NCBI GenBank assembly: GCA_963797095.1
Contig: CAWCNY010000005.1
Span: forward strand, 480,001 to 544,000
From: an uncultured Chloroflexia bacterium
GTDB lineage: Bacteria > Chloroflexota > Chloroflexia > QHBQ01 > JADMIH01
DNA: 64,000 bases
Direction of reading: 5' to 3'
The number at the start of each line of letters is the position of its first letter. Position 1 is the stretch's first letter. The notes beneath the pieces are model-generated. The model was not told the DNA's origin. It saw only the letters and a program-made list of their open reading frames with translations, and made no database searches. Positions 22,021 to 33,053 of this stretch are shown one piece after another. A program made the translations under genes and the position numbers.

Positions 22021-23172
22021 ATGAACCTCTCCCGAATATTCGCCATTACGGGCCGCATCATCGCCCAGTTTCGGCGCGACCACCGTACCCTGGCCCTAAT
22101 CTTCATCGCCCCCATCCTCATCATGACTATCTTCGGCTATGTCTTCCGCTCCCAGGAGAGCAGCACCACCAACGTGGCTCTCATCAACGAAGATCAGCCC
22201 CCGGCGGGCCAGACAAGCCTCACCGGACCCATCATCGACAGCCTCAAGTCCAACGACGACCTCGTTATTACCGAAATGAGCCGGGCCGATGCCGACACCG
22301 CTCTCCGCGACGGCTCACAGAAGGTCGCCCTCGCATTCGGCCCCGACTTCACCTCCCAACTGCAAACCCAGCACAGCGCCTCAGTCGATGTGATCGTGGA
22401 AGGCTCCAATCCCTCGCAGGCCGGGAGCGCTCTGAGCTCCGTCGGGCAGGCAGTGCTTGCCAGCGCTCCGGTCGTTCTCAAGTCAGTCCTCCCACCCCCC
22501 ATGAACACCCTTGCCCCCGATACCCTCCCCCTCAAGATCAACACCGTCCGCCTTTACGGCAGCGCGGATATCAAGCCGCTCGATTTCTTCGCGCCCATGT
22601 TTATCGCCTACATCGGCTTCTTCCTCGTCTTCCTCCTGACCAGCGTCTCCTTCCTACGCGAGCGCACCCAGGGCACAATGGAGCGCCTCATGGCATCCCC
22701 CGTCACCCGCCTTGAGCTTGTGCTGGGCTACATGCTCGGCTTCGGCTTCTTCTCCCTGATCCAGGCTATAGTGCTGGTCCTCTTCACCATCTACGCCCTC
22801 CAGATCAAATATGAGGGCAACATCCTCTCCGTATTCGTGGTGAGCCTGGCCCTGGTGCTTGGGGCTGTCAACCTCGGCATCTTCCTGTCTGCCTTCGCCC
22901 GCAACGAGCTACAGGCTATCCAGTTCATCCCCATCGTGATCCTCCCCCAGGTCCTTCTCTCCGGCCTCCTCTGGCCTGTTCAGGACATGCCGGCCTGGCT
23001 CCAGGTGATCGCACGTATCTTCCCCCTCACCTACGCCATCGATGCCCTCACCGACATCATGATCCGAGGCCATACCCTCATCGACAACTGGCTACCACTC
23101 CTCTACCTCCTCGCCTTCGCCGCTCTCGCCGCCGTCGTGGCTGCGGGCACCGTCCGCCGGGAGGTGGCGTAG
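22021..23172 (+). CDS. ABC-2 type permease
   Basis: N-terminal TM, extracellular loop, RERTQGTMERLMASP, multiple TMs, PLTYAIDAL. Confidence 0.92.
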   Translation: MNLSRIFAITGRIIAQFRRDHRTLALIFIAPILIMTIFGYVFRSQESSTTNVALINEDQPPAGQTSLTGPIIDSLKSNDDLVITEMSRADADTALRDGSQKVALAFGPDFTSQLQTQHSASVDVIVEGSNPSQAGSALSSVGQAVLASAPVVLKSVLPPPMNTLAPDTLPLKINTVRLYGSADIKPLDFFAPMFIAYIGFFLVFLLTSVSFLRERTQGTMERLMASPVTRLELVLGYMLGFGFFSLIQAIVLVLFTIYALQIKYEGNILSVFVVSLALVLGAVNLGIFLSAFARNELQAIQFIPIVILPQVLLSGLLWPVQDMPAWLQVIARIFPLTYAIDALTDIMIRGHTLIDNWLPLLYLLAFAALAAVVAAGTVRREVA

Positions 23173-23328
23173 TCCCGCCAACAAAGTCGGCCAAAACCGG
23201 ATAAGAATGTTATAATGCGCTCACAATAGCACCCCTCAACCAATTCGTCTCTTCGCGCCCCATTGCCTTCGCTGGCGCGGATCACCTCCCGCCCGTAGTC
23301 GCAAGTTCCGGTCGCAGACCATGATGAG

Positions 23329-25929
23329 ATGCATAAGGTGGCGGATCTGAGGTGGGAAATGCGCTACCCCCCGGCAACTTCACACACGGGTACAAAGCAC
23401 CTAATTCTTCCCCATCCACGGCGTGCACCCGCGACCTCATATAGATTGCTAATCACTTGCGGAGTATTGTGCTGCCTGCTGATCGCCGCGGCCCTCCTGC
23501 GCTTGCCCACACACAACGCCAACGCTACAACCCTCAAGCCGGTTGGTGCTGCCGTGCCCTCCTCTTTCGACCCCTTCCACAACACATTCACCCCGCTGCG
23601 CGACCCCGCGCCCTTCCACGACGCCACTCCTCCCGGCGTGCCCGGTCTCTACGGCAGCAATCTCGCCTGGGGCGACTACGATAACGATGGCCTTCTCGAT
23701 TTTGTGCTGATTGGCAGCCCATTCAGCGACCCCCTGGTCCGCCTCTACCACAACGACGGCGATGGCGCTTTCCACGATGCCACCCCTCTCAATTGGCCCG
23801 GCGTCTTCAGAGGCGAGGCTGTCTGGGGCGACTACGACAACGATGGCCTCCTCGACCTCCTCTATATAGGCTACTCCGGTTCCCCATCCGATGTGACCAA
23901 ACTGTATCACAACGACGGCAACGGCGCTTTCCACGATGCCACCCCTCCCGGCGTGCCCGGCGCTATGGATGGCATGGCCGCCTGGGCCGATTACGACAAC
24001 GATGGCCTCCTCGATTTCGTGGTGGCAGGGTTTCACCTCAGCCCTTCAAGCAGCGATATGATCCATCTCTACCACAACGACGGCGATGGCGCTTTCCACG
24101 ACGCCACCCCTCCCGTCTTCACCCCTATCGGCATCGGAAGCATAGCCTGGGGCGACTACGACAACGATGGCCGCCCCGATTTACTCATCACAGGCGAGGC
24201 CCCCACCGCCATCGTACTTCGCCTCTACCACAACGACGGCGATGGCGCTTTCCACGACACTACCCCTCCGGTCCTGCCTACCTTTATACCCGACTATGCC
24301 ACCGTGGCCTGGGGCGATTATGACAACGATGGGCTGCTCGACTTCGTGCTCGCTGGTGTCCCTCCAATTGGCAACGCGACCAGCCGCCTCTACCATAACG
24401 ACGGTGGCGGCACGTTCCATGAAGTAACTCAGGCTAATCTGCCAGGACTCGCGATCGGTGATGCGGATTGGGGCGACTTCGATAACGATGGCCTGATCGA
24501 CCTCGCCATCGTCGGTGACGATACCCATTTCATGCGCTATAGCAAGCTATACCACAACGATGGCGGCGGCCTCTTCTCGGATGTAACCCCCACCGGCTGG
24601 TCTGCCGTAGACACGGGTGGCATCGACTGGGGCGACTACGACAACGACGGTCGCCTCGACCTCCTCCTCACAGGCCAGGCTGACAGTGCTACCTACGTCA
24701 CTCGCCTCTACCACAACGACGCCACCCTCGCCAATACCCCACCCGGCGCACCCGGCAACCTGTCTACGTCCGAAATCGACACCAATAGCGTGCGCCTATC
24801 GTGGAGCGCCGCCACCGATCCGCAGACACCTTCCTCCGGCTTGAGCTACAACCTGCGCGTGGGCACCTCCCCAGGCGCCTCCGATATAGTCGGCCCCATG
24901 GCGAACACCACCGTAATCACAGAGCCCGATGGCCTGCGCCGCCTGCCCGCTCTCGGCCGTGCCCGCCCCAACCTCACAACCACCCTCAACAGCCTCCTCC
25001 CCGGCCAAACCTACTACTGGAGCGTCCAGAGCATTGACCCCGCCCTGGCAGGCGGCCCCTTCGCCACCGAAAGTCAGTTCACCATAACAGGCGGCTCCCC
25101 CACACCAACTGGAACAATCGCTCCCACGGCAACACGCACCGGCACGCCTACGCCAACACACTCCGCCACAAACACCCCTACCAACACTCCGGCCAACACC
25201 GTAACCGTAACCGCAATCCCTACCAATACTAATACGCCCACAGATACCCCTACCTCCACCCCCATAATTACCGCCACCCCTCCTGCCACAGCCACCGGCA
25301 CATCCACAAGCACCAATACCCCAGCCTCCACTCCACCTGCCATTCCCACTAGCACACCGTCGGCCACCCCAACTTCAACGTCTACCCCATGCGTAATCGC
25401 ATTCACCGATGTCCAGCCCACCGACTACTTCTACGAACCCGTGCGCTCCCTCTACTGCTCAGGCGCTATCTCAGGCTACCCGGACAACACTTTCCGCCCC
25501 TACAACAACGCCTCCAGGGGCCAGCTCACCAAGATCGTGGTCCTTGCCCAGGCTATGTCAATCAATACAGATGGTGGCCCTCACTTTAGCGACGTGTCCC
25601 TCTCCAATCCCTTCTACGATTACATAGAAACCGCCTTCAACGCCCACATAATCTCAGGCTATGACGACGGTACATTCCGCTGGAGCAACAACATCACAAG
25701 AGGCCAGCTTACCAAGATCGTTGTCAACACCAGGGGGTGGACCATAAACACCAACGGTGGTCCGCACTTCCCGGACGTGCCTCAAGGCTCCACCTTCTAC
25801 GACTTCATAGAGACCGCATACAACCACGCTATCATCTCCGGCTATCCCGACGGCAGCTTCGGACCTGCCAATCCTGCCACTCGCGGGCAGATCGCCAAGA
25901 TCGTTTACCTCGCCACGTCCGGGCCTTAA
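23329..25929 (+). CDS. FG-GAP/VCBS 7-repeat protein with FN3, Thr/Pro linker and SLH domains
   Basis: Seven W(G/A)D(Y/F)DNDG repeats; FN3; three SGY.D..F/TRGQ SLH repeats; start codon uncertain. Confidence 0.87.
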   Translation: MHKVADLRWEMRYPPATSHTGTKHLILPHPRRAPATSYRLLITCGVLCCLLIAAALLRLPTHNANATTLKPVGAAVPSSFDPFHNTFTPLRDPAPFHDATPPGVPGLYGSNLAWGDYDNDGLLDFVLIGSPFSDPLVRLYHNDGDGAFHDATPLNWPGVFRGEAVWGDYDNDGLLDLLYIGYSGSPSDVTKLYHNDGNGAFHDATPPGVPGAMDGMAAWADYDNDGLLDFVVAGFHLSPSSSDMIHLYHNDGDGAFHDATPPVFTPIGIGSIAWGDYDNDGRPDLLITGEAPTAIVLRLYHNDGDGAFHDTTPPVLPTFIPDYATVAWGDYDNDGLLDFVLAGVPPIGNATSRLYHNDGGGTFHEVTQANLPGLAIGDADWGDFDNDGLIDLAIVGDDTHFMRYSKLYHNDGGGLFSDVTPTGWSAVDTGGIDWGDYDNDGRLDLLLTGQADSATYVTRLYHNDATLANTPPGAPGNLSTSEIDTNSVRLSWSAATDPQTPSSGLSYNLRVGTSPGASDIVGPMANTTVITEPDGLRRLPALGRARPNLTTTLNSLLPGQTYYWSVQSIDPALAGGPFATESQFTITGGSPTPTGTIAPTATRTGTPTPTHSATNTPTNTPANTVTVTAIPTNTNTPTDTPTSTPIITATPPATATGTSTSTNTPASTPPAIPTSTPSATPTSTSTPCVIAFTDVQPTDYFYEPVRSLYCSGAISGYPDNTFRPYNNASRGQLTKIVVLAQAMSINTDGGPHFSDVSLSNPFYDYIETAFNAHIISGYDDGTFRWSNNITRGQLTKIVVNTRGWTINTNGGPHFPDVPQGSTFYDFIETAYNHAIISGYPDGSFGPANPATRGQIAKIVYLATSGP

Positions 25930-26096
25930 CTCTGCCTCGATATTCCCTACCTGGGGTTATCGTGCGACTTCTGAAGCGCGTCCGTCGCCACCCGGTCTAA
26001 TTCTTGCTACCTTAATATTTCCTGTCTGGTATAATAGAGGCTGACTATGCAATTGACACTATTCCTGTCAAAGTAGCCAATCTAGGAGGCACGAAT

Positions 26097-26792
26097 ATGA
26101 GTAACAAACGCACGATCAAAGCCCTCGAAGACCTGGTCAAAACAGAATACATGGCCGTTGCGGCCCTCGACAACGCCCTCGAAGAAGCTGAAGACAGCCG
26201 CATCCGCAAGAACTTTAAGAAATGGCGCGATTCCCACATGAAGCAGGCCGGCGCCCTCAACAGTCGCCTTGAGGAGCTTGGCGGCGAGCCAGTTGACTAC
26301 GACGAAGCCGGTAGCGGCAAGGGTCAGGGTGGCCTCTGGGGCCGCATCACCGGCATGAAAGACGCAACAGGAGTCGCCGGTATGCGCATCGGCGCTGAGC
26401 GCGGCCTCAAGCGATACATCGACAACCTCGATGAGATCGAGGATGCCAAAGCCCTCAATATCATCCGCAAAAATCTCGAAGCCAAGCAGGACGAGATCAA
26501 CTGGTACGACGAGCAGTTGGGCAAGGAGCGCACCGCCACCGTCGAAACCAAAATGGAAGTCGCCGCAGAGAAGGCCGAAGCCTCAGACAAGGCCGAGGGG
26601 GTTGCCGCCGGTAGCCAGAACGGCCACAAGAAAGGCGGCCTCCCCTTCCCACTCCTCGTAGCCGCAGGCGCTCTCGGAGCAGTTGCCTACTTCCTCCTCC
26701 GCCGTAGCGATGAAGATGAATACGACGAATACGGGGAAGACGCTTTCCGCTACGAGACAGAAGAGGAAGCCAGCGACCAGGTAACGAGCTAA
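26097..26792 (+). CDS. ferritin-like (DUF2383-type) protein with C-terminal TM
   Basis: Four-helix pattern E..A...Y/H..Q...L..RLEELGGEP; hydrophobic stretch near C-terminus; AGGAGG RBS. Confidence 0.65.
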   Translation: MSNKRTIKALEDLVKTEYMAVAALDNALEEAEDSRIRKNFKKWRDSHMKQAGALNSRLEELGGEPVDYDEAGSGKGQGGLWGRITGMKDATGVAGMRIGAERGLKRYIDNLDEIEDAKALNIIRKNLEAKQDEINWYDEQLGKERTATVETKMEVAAEKAEASDKAEGVAAGSQNGHKKGGLPFPLLVAAGALGAVAYFLLRRSDEDEYDEYGEDAFRYETEEEASDQVTS

Positions 26793-26803
26793 CCCCAGCG
26801 AAT

Positions 26804-26838
26804 CAAAAGAGGCGCGTCACTCAGGCGCGCCTTTTTGC
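26804..26838. terminator. bidirectional terminator
   Basis: AAAAGAGGCGCG-loop-CGCGCCTTTTTG between convergent genes. Confidence 0.7.
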
Positions 26839-26849
26839 TTTGCCAAATC

Positions 26850-28256
26850 TTATCCCAGCGCCGTCAACCTGGCCATCTCCGGAGTGGCACTGTAGCAATC
26901 TTCCCCTTTCACAAACCTTTGCACCCCAACCCAAATATCTCGCGTCCACTCGGCCACGATCACCGGTTTCCCCAGTTCCTGCTGGAATGTCTCCACCGTC
27001 CACTCATCGAGCGTCCGCACCCCGCTGAAATCGAACATCCTGCGCGGCAAAAACACCATATCCACAGCGCCATCGCCCGCCACATGAGCCTGCAAATTCT
27101 CGGTGGTCTCCTTGCCAAACAACAGCCCGGAGCACCCCACGTTCCCCGCGAGTGTATTGTTCTTCACAACCACCGGCCTTATATCAAGCCCCGCCACCGC
27201 GCGCAAAGGCTCCAGTGCCCGCTCCAGGGTCTCGGCGGGCATCTCGCCGCAAACTACCGCAATCCGCACCGGGCGCTCTACCCTCTCAGGCAGCTTGCGT
27301 GCCGTTTTCCGCGACTCGTCCAACAACTGCCGCACCAGCCCCACACCGTTCTCGTATTGCGGGAACCGCTCGTACTGCCGCACCTGAGGTACTTCCTTCC
27401 CCGCCATCAAATACCATTCGTCCGACAAGAACGCGAACCGCGTTCCGATCTCCCGATGTAGTCGCTTCTGCCACTTCTCCACCTGCTCTACCACGATCCC
27501 CGACTCTTCCCGCCTGAAAGGTCGCAAGTCGAGCTTGATCTGGTAGTGGCTGTTCCGCCGGAACTTCGTAAGCCCTACCGGCACCACGCCCACCGTTTGT
27601 ACATAAGGATAAAGCGCCGATAAGTCCGAGATCGACCGATCAAGGTGCTCCCCATCATTGATGCCGGGACAGATCACAAGCTGAGTATGCGTCTGTATTC
27701 CCATCTCACCCAGCCGCCGCAATTGCGCCACTATATCAGGTATGCGTGGGTTCCCAAGCAATCTGCTCCGCAACTCCCACTCCGTCGCATGCACCGACAC
27801 GTACAGAGGCGTCAGCCTCTCCTCGGCGATCCGCTCCCAATCACTTTCCTTCAGATTGGTCAGCGTAATGAATCCACCATAGAGGAATGAGTACCTGTAA
27901 TCGTCATCTTTTATGTCAAGTGACCGCCTCAACCCCGGAGCATTCTGGTCCACAAAGCAGAACGGGCAGTGGTTGTTGCACCGCCTGATCCCATCGAAAG
28001 TAGGGTCGACAAACTCCAGCCCCAAATCTTCCTGCTCAGGCTTACTGACCGTAAATACCAGCGGCGCGACCAATCCCTCGCGCGCCACCTCCACCCTCAA
28101 CTCCTCACTAACCTGATAGAACTGGTATCCAACCACATCTTTCACAGGCGTCCCATTGATCGAAAGCAACCGGTCGCCCTGAGAGATCCCCAATTGGTCC
28201 GCCAGGCTACCCGGTACAACCTTATCTATTGTTCCATGCGACTTATACTGTGCCAT
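26850..28256 (-). CDS. PDZ plus radical-SAM-like DUF512 protein
   Basis: N-terminal PDZ (V.PGS.A..LGI..GD.LLSING), CNNHCPFC, KDDDYRYSFLYG, PQYENGVG. Confidence 0.88.
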   Translation of the reverse strand: MAQYKSHGTIDKVVPGSLADQLGISQGDRLLSINGTPVKDVVGYQFYQVSEELRVEVAREGLVAPLVFTVSKPEQEDLGLEFVDPTFDGIRRCNNHCPFCFVDQNAPGLRRSLDIKDDDYRYSFLYGGFITLTNLKESDWERIAEERLTPLYVSVHATEWELRSRLLGNPRIPDIVAQLRRLGEMGIQTHTQLVICPGINDGEHLDRSISDLSALYPYVQTVGVVPVGLTKFRRNSHYQIKLDLRPFRREESGIVVEQVEKWQKRLHREIGTRFAFLSDEWYLMAGKEVPQVRQYERFPQYENGVGLVRQLLDESRKTARKLPERVERPVRIAVVCGEMPAETLERALEPLRAVAGLDIRPVVVKNNTLAGNVGCSGLLFGKETTENLQAHVAGDGAVDMVFLPRRMFDFSGVRTLDEWTVETFQQELGKPVIVAEWTRDIWVGVQRFVKGEDCYSATPEMARLTALG

Positions 28257-28309
28257 TTCTCTCCCAACCCAACATCAGACCAAAGACCACTCAGAAAACC
28301 CAATTAGCC

Positions 28310-28535
28310 ACTCGCTACTCGCTACTCGCTACTCGCTACTCGCTACTCGCTACTCGCTACTCGCTACTCGCTACTCGCTACTCGCTACTCGCTACTCGCT
28401 ACTCGCTACTCGCTACTCGCTACTCGCTACTCGCTACTCGCTACTCGCTACTCGCTACTCGTCACTCGTCACTCGTCCGCCGACTACCGACTACCAACTA
28501 TCAGTAACTAGGAACCTGAAACTAGGAACTAGGAA
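28310..28535. repeat. heptamer tandem array (ACTCGCT)x21 grading into ACTCGTC, CGACTAC and AACTAGG units
   Basis: Read directly from the sequence. Confidence 0.95.
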
Positions 28536-28546
28536 CTCTAGCCCAG

Positions 28547-29254
28547 CTAATCCTGCAACCGCGCTCCCACCACAGGCAGCTTCTTAGCGACCCGCGCCCA
28601 GCTTGTGCCGAGGTGCACCAGCTTGCTACTCAGCCTGCCGTTGATCCGCCCCTGCCTCAACGAAGCAAGGAACCCTTGCGGCCCATCGAAATCGGGCATC
28701 TCCACGAACGCCCGCCCCACTTCCCTCAAGGTATGTGCATCCGATCCCGCCGACATCGCCAGCCCATGCTCTCGTGCATACTTCAGCGCTTGCTCGTTAT
28801 CCTCCGGCTTCAGCGCCCGTGCGTTCAGCACCTCCAGGATGTCCACCATCCCCGCGTCCACCAGCCGGTACAGCGCCTCATTCTTCAGCTTGCTCGCGGC
28901 CCTCAGCGTATCGAATGGGTGGGGCACACACACAAGCCCTCCCTGCCCCTTGATCCGCCGCACCGTCTCCTCAGGACTAAGTCCTTTCGGCACCACCTCT
29001 GTAAGGAAGTACCCGATGATCTCGCCCTCGTTGGTCTTTACCTCTTCCGAAGCGATCACCTTGATAGGCAAATCACCCATGCGCGACAGCGCCAGCGAGT
29101 TCGCCAGCCCGTTATGGTCGGTCACACACAGCGCGCCCAGGCCACGTTCAGCCGCAGTCTCCACCAGCTTGCGCGGGTCGTTCAGCGAGTCCTTGCTCAG
29201 CCGCGTGTGGCTGTGCATATCCACTCTCATCAACCTATCACCGTTCATGCTCAT
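28547..29254 (-). CDS. PHP domain phosphoesterase
   Basis: DMHSHT, VTDHN, PHPF, GSDAH motifs. Confidence 0.9.
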   Translation of the reverse strand: MSMNGDRLMRVDMHSHTRLSKDSLNDPRKLVETAAERGLGALCVTDHNGLANSLALSRMGDLPIKVIASEEVKTNEGEIIGYFLTEVVPKGLSPEETVRRIKGQGGLVCVPHPFDTLRAASKLKNEALYRLVDAGMVDILEVLNARALKPEDNEQALKYAREHGLAMSAGSDAHTLREVGRAFVEMPDFDGPQGFLASLRQGRINGRLSSKLVHLGTSWARVAKKLPVVGARLQD

Positions 29255-29363
29255 CTTTTTACCGCTGATTTCAGCACATCAGCCTACAATTATACCACAC
29301 TCGACAAAGGGCTCCAGATTTCGACTGGAGCCCTTCGAGACCAGGCAATTCTTGGTCTTTCGC

Positions 29364-30504
29364 CTATTGTGCTATTCCTATTTCTTCAACGAACTCAAAA
29401 ACGGCTTGTCCTGAATATCCTCGAGGTATCGGAGGCGTCTTTTCAAACGTGGATTTCACAACCTGTGTCGATCTTGTCTCACTACTCTTGACGGTGCTGT
29501 ACAATACCTCCAGGGCATGGTAAGCCATCTCTTTGCTTGCGCGCTTTTTTTCTGCCCATTCTCATAGACCACGCCATTTCAGCCACACCAAGCCCCCGGC
29601 ACTCATTAGTGAAAGCATGACTTTGCTGCATAGTAAAGGGTTCATTATTCCCTTTCAAAATAACCCGAACATCTCCCCCGAAACTATTCGGATCGGCCAT
29701 ATACGGCACTCCCAGGGTTCCGAACAATACCATGCTGGGCTTTTCCGGCAAAATAACGACTGAATTCGAATCGAATAACAAATTCCCTACCGTTCCGCAG
29801 TCGAATTGGATGGTAGCGGCCATGAGATTTTCTCATTCGACCTGAAAAGGCTCACCGAAATGTTCAGGTGAATAATCGGGTCTTTCCGGTTTCCTGGTTC
29901 GAACAACCCCGGCTACTTCTCTTACAGGTCTTAATATGCTCAGCAACGCGGTGATTTAGTAGATGCCCACGTCAAATCCAATGCCTCCGCCCAGCTTGGT
30001 CGTGAAAGGAAAGGCCCGATTAAGGATATCGCTGTCTCTTGAGAGTGCGCAGAAACACGAAGTAATATCGCCAATCATCCCGCTTTCAACCACGTACCTG
30101 GCGGTTTCGATTGTCGAGCCTAAAAAGGTGTCTGGCGCCGCCCCAAGATACAGGTTCCTTCGATCAGCAGTTTCCACCAGGTCAGCCGCGTGTTCCAACT
30201 CAATCGACAAAACCTTCTCTGTGTAGACATTCTTGCCTCCTTCGAGAAGTTGTTTGATCACAGGATAATGCGCCATGGGCGTCGTGAGATTGTCGTCAAT
30301 CTCAATCGAATCATCAGCTAAAATCTCATCCATGGTCAGAACCTTGATCCCCTATTTTTGCGCCATCGTATCGGCTTTTTCCAGATTGAGATCACAGCAA
30401 CCTACCACATCGAGAATTTTAAACCTGTTAATCATTGTGTTCAGATAGGCATCGCTTATCACGCCGCATCCAACAATCGCTGTCTTTACTGGTCGAATCT
30501 TCAT
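29364..30504 (-). pseudogene. Gfo/Idh/MocA oxidoreductase pseudogene
   Basis: MKIRPVKTAIVGCGVIS Rossmann start, VYTEK, APDTFLG, GGGIGFDVGIY; interrupted by in-frame TAG, TAA and TGA stops and a late frameshift. Confidence 0.85.
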
Positions 30505-30569
30505 CGTCTTGATTCCTTATTGTGCATCTGTGTAGAGTATCAGTTGATTCGTCTTAAACGTTCCCAGGC

Positions 30570-31475
30570 TCATTGTTTGAGTCGATAGGAAACAAATGCA
30601 ATGGTGCGATTATCCGGAGACCAGGAGTTGACATTCATCGTTCCCTGCCCGCCAAATAACTTCACAATGAGTTTCGATTCTCCCCCCTCGGCCGGGACGA
30701 GACGCAACTCGACATGCTTGTTGGCCGGGTGATCGCCCGCAGGCACATCGTCCTTGCTGTAGGCGATATAAACAACCCACTTGCCGTTGGGTGAAACGTG
30801 CGGGAACCAGCAGTTGGCATCCTCTTTTACCACATGAACCGGGTTGGAGCCATCGACTTCCATGCGCCACACTTGCATCAAGCCGGTTCGGGTAGAGTTG
30901 AACCAGATATGGGTGCCATCAGGAGAATATTCGGGTCCATCATCTAGTCCAGGCATATCGGTGAGTTGAGTCTCCGGACCGCCGTTGACGGAGACGGAGT
31001 AAATATCGTACTGGCCGCCGCGCTCGGCACAATAGGCCAGGCGCTTGCCGTCCGGCGACCAGCCATGCAAATAGCTAGGACCTTTTTCGGTCACTAATAC
31101 CGGGCTACCGCCATATATCGGTAGGATATAGATCCTTGAGGTTGCGTCCTCGTTCGTAAAATGGCTAACGGCAATCTGAGAGTTATCCGGAGAGAGAACA
31201 TGGTCGTTATTGCAATCAATGGCAAGGCCCGCGTCAATTTCCCTGGTTTCACCGGTTGCCAGCTCATAAGTGTACATATGTCCCCGGCTGTTATAAACCA
31301 GATATCGGCCATCCTTCGTCCAGTTGGGCGCTTCAATAACGTAGTCAAACTCCCTGAGGACAGATCTGATCCTTGTGCGTACATCGACCGTTTCCAAAAT
31401 ACTGATCGAATCACGTCCTGCGATATAATGTCTCAATGTGTTGATGTCCATTCGCTTTTGTCTCCAGTCTCTCAT
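30570..31475 (-). CDS. TolB-like PD40 beta-propeller protein
   Basis: EAPNW, NNDHVLSPD, SYLHGWSPDG, DGPEYSPDG, WFPHVSP, GGQGTMNVNSWSPD. Confidence 0.85.
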   Translation of the reverse strand: MRDWRQKRMDINTLRHYIAGRDSISILETVDVRTRIRSVLREFDYVIEAPNWTKDGRYLVYNSRGHMYTYELATGETREIDAGLAIDCNNDHVLSPDNSQIAVSHFTNEDATSRIYILPIYGGSPVLVTEKGPSYLHGWSPDGKRLAYCAERGGQYDIYSVSVNGGPETQLTDMPGLDDGPEYSPDGTHIWFNSTRTGLMQVWRMEVDGSNPVHVVKEDANCWFPHVSPNGKWVVYIAYSKDDVPAGDHPANKHVELRLVPAEGGESKLIVKLFGGQGTMNVNSWSPDNRTIAFVSYRLKQ

Positions 31476-31508
31476 CGTAGCTCGTCCAGAGTGGTAGGTC
31501 TGGCCGGG

Positions 31509-31647
31509 CGCGCCCAGCTTGTGCCGAGGTGTACCGGCTTGCTGCGCAGCCGCGTGTGGCTATTGCATATCCACTCTTATCAACCTGTTACCGTTCATGC
31601 GCATCTTTTTGCCACTGATTTCAGCACATCAGCCTACATTTATACCA
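31509..31647 (-). pseudogene. internally deleted duplicate of the PHP gene (promoter and 5' end fused to 3' end)
   Basis: 31509-31543 matches 28593-28627; 31547-31647 matches 29198-29297. Confidence 0.85.
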
Positions 31648-31704
31648 GATACGAAGAAAACAGCCCCGATTACACAACAGGGTAAACGTTCAGAGAAAAT
31701 ACCG

Positions 31705-32177
31705 GAGTAGGGGCACCCCTGGTGGGTGCCCTGGTGGGGAGAGATCGGGATAAGCGTACAGGGCACCCATCAGGGGCAATGTTGTCGCACAAAAACCCCC
31801 AAGATGGTCTGAGTACGAGCGCTCCCCGTTGGCGACATACTCACATGCCGCCCTCGCGAATAGTCCCGTAGGGACGGCATAGGGTAGCCCAGGGCTTACG
31901 CCCCTGTGGTAAGCCCTGTGGTAAGCCCAGGATAATGCCATAGCCCCGTAGGGGCGTAAGAACAAGATCTCTACAGTCCTGTATGATGCAATGCTAGTGC
32001 TCTTACGTCCCTACGGGGCTACTTGCTTGGGCGGTTGTGCGATCCACAGGGCGTAAGCCCTGGGCTACTCTCTTACGGCCCTACGGGACTACTCGCGTGG
32101 ATGGCAATCCATCTGGGCACCCCCTGGTGGTTGCGCCCCACAACCTGTATCTTTATGTGACAACATTGCCCCTACTC
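31705..32177. repeat. nested REP-like / MITE-like structure
   Basis: GTAGGGGCACCC...GCCCCTAC outer ends; TIRs at 31773-31793 and 32152-32172; inner CCCGTAGGG-type inverted repeats. Confidence 0.75.
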
Positions 32178-32588
32178 TTCTTCTCACCCCAAACCTGAAT
32201 GTTTGCGCGACAACCGCAAGCCAAAAGCAAAGCCAGCGTCTACTGCGCCGCGTACCGAACCACCTTATGATCCTTTTTCGCGGTCACGCATGGGGGCGCA
32301 GATGTGCTCGACGACGCCTCCCAATCCCAGGTGATAGCACTCCACATCCAGCACACCCAGCGCTAATCCTCCACACCCCAAAGCACCAGCGGGCAGGGCG
32401 TGAATCGTCGGTCGCACCATGACAGATCATAGCGAGGGCAAGCCGCACCAGCCCGCCCAAAGAGTGACCTAAAACTAGAGCGTAGGTAACTTAACTTGGT
32501 TCGCCCATTAGGTTCAGGAGGACGCAACCTAATCGTAGGGCACCACTCGCTACTCGCTACTCGTCATCTGTCACTCATCACTCGTCAC

Positions 32589-32996
32589 TCAAACCGCCAT
32601 ACTCTCAAACACCCCAGGCTCGACTTTCACGTACTTCCCATCCTCTCGCACAGCCACGCAAGGCGTCCACTCCCACACAGCCGGACTCCGTGCCGTCATC
32701 CACGGCTTCTGCTCTTCCTCCTCTGCCGACAGCACCCTGCACGTCACCGCAAGCGGAGCCAGGTAGTTAATGTCGTTCGGCTCAGCCTGTCTGAACCCCT
32801 CATTGAACGCGTTATATATCTCGCGCATCACCCCCATAACCTTATCGTCCAAATCCCCCTGAGCCAGCGATCCCCAAGCATCCGGCACCCGAAAGTAATA
32901 GGTGCTATGCCGCTCCCCGGCAGACAAATGCACCTCAAGCTCATTGTTCCACGCCATCAAAGTATCGGTTAGCCCAACCTCAACGCTCTTGCTCAT
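32589..32996 (-). CDS. hypothetical protein (135 aa)
   Basis: ATG at 32996 with AGGGGG RBS; lies downstream of the M20 gene; no motif recognised. Confidence 0.6.
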   Translation of the reverse strand: MSKSVEVGLTDTLMAWNNELEVHLSAGERHSTYYFRVPDAWGSLAQGDLDDKVMGVMREIYNAFNEGFRQAEPNDINYLAPLAVTCRVLSAEEEEQKPWMTARSPAVWEWTPCVAVREDGKYVKVEPGVFESMAV

Positions 32997-33053
32997 ATTC
33001 CCCCCTTGAACTAAGCAATACACAATACACAAGACACAATACGCACTCCCCAC

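Noticed and set aside
29364-30504. Stop-codon recoding in the Gfo/Idh/MocA gene
   Set aside because: All three stop types plus a frameshift occur, which indicates decay rather than Sec or Pyl insertion
32230-32480. Possible group II intron or gene remnant on the minus strand
   Set aside because: Only a GTGCG pentamer; no domain V and no coherent reading frame
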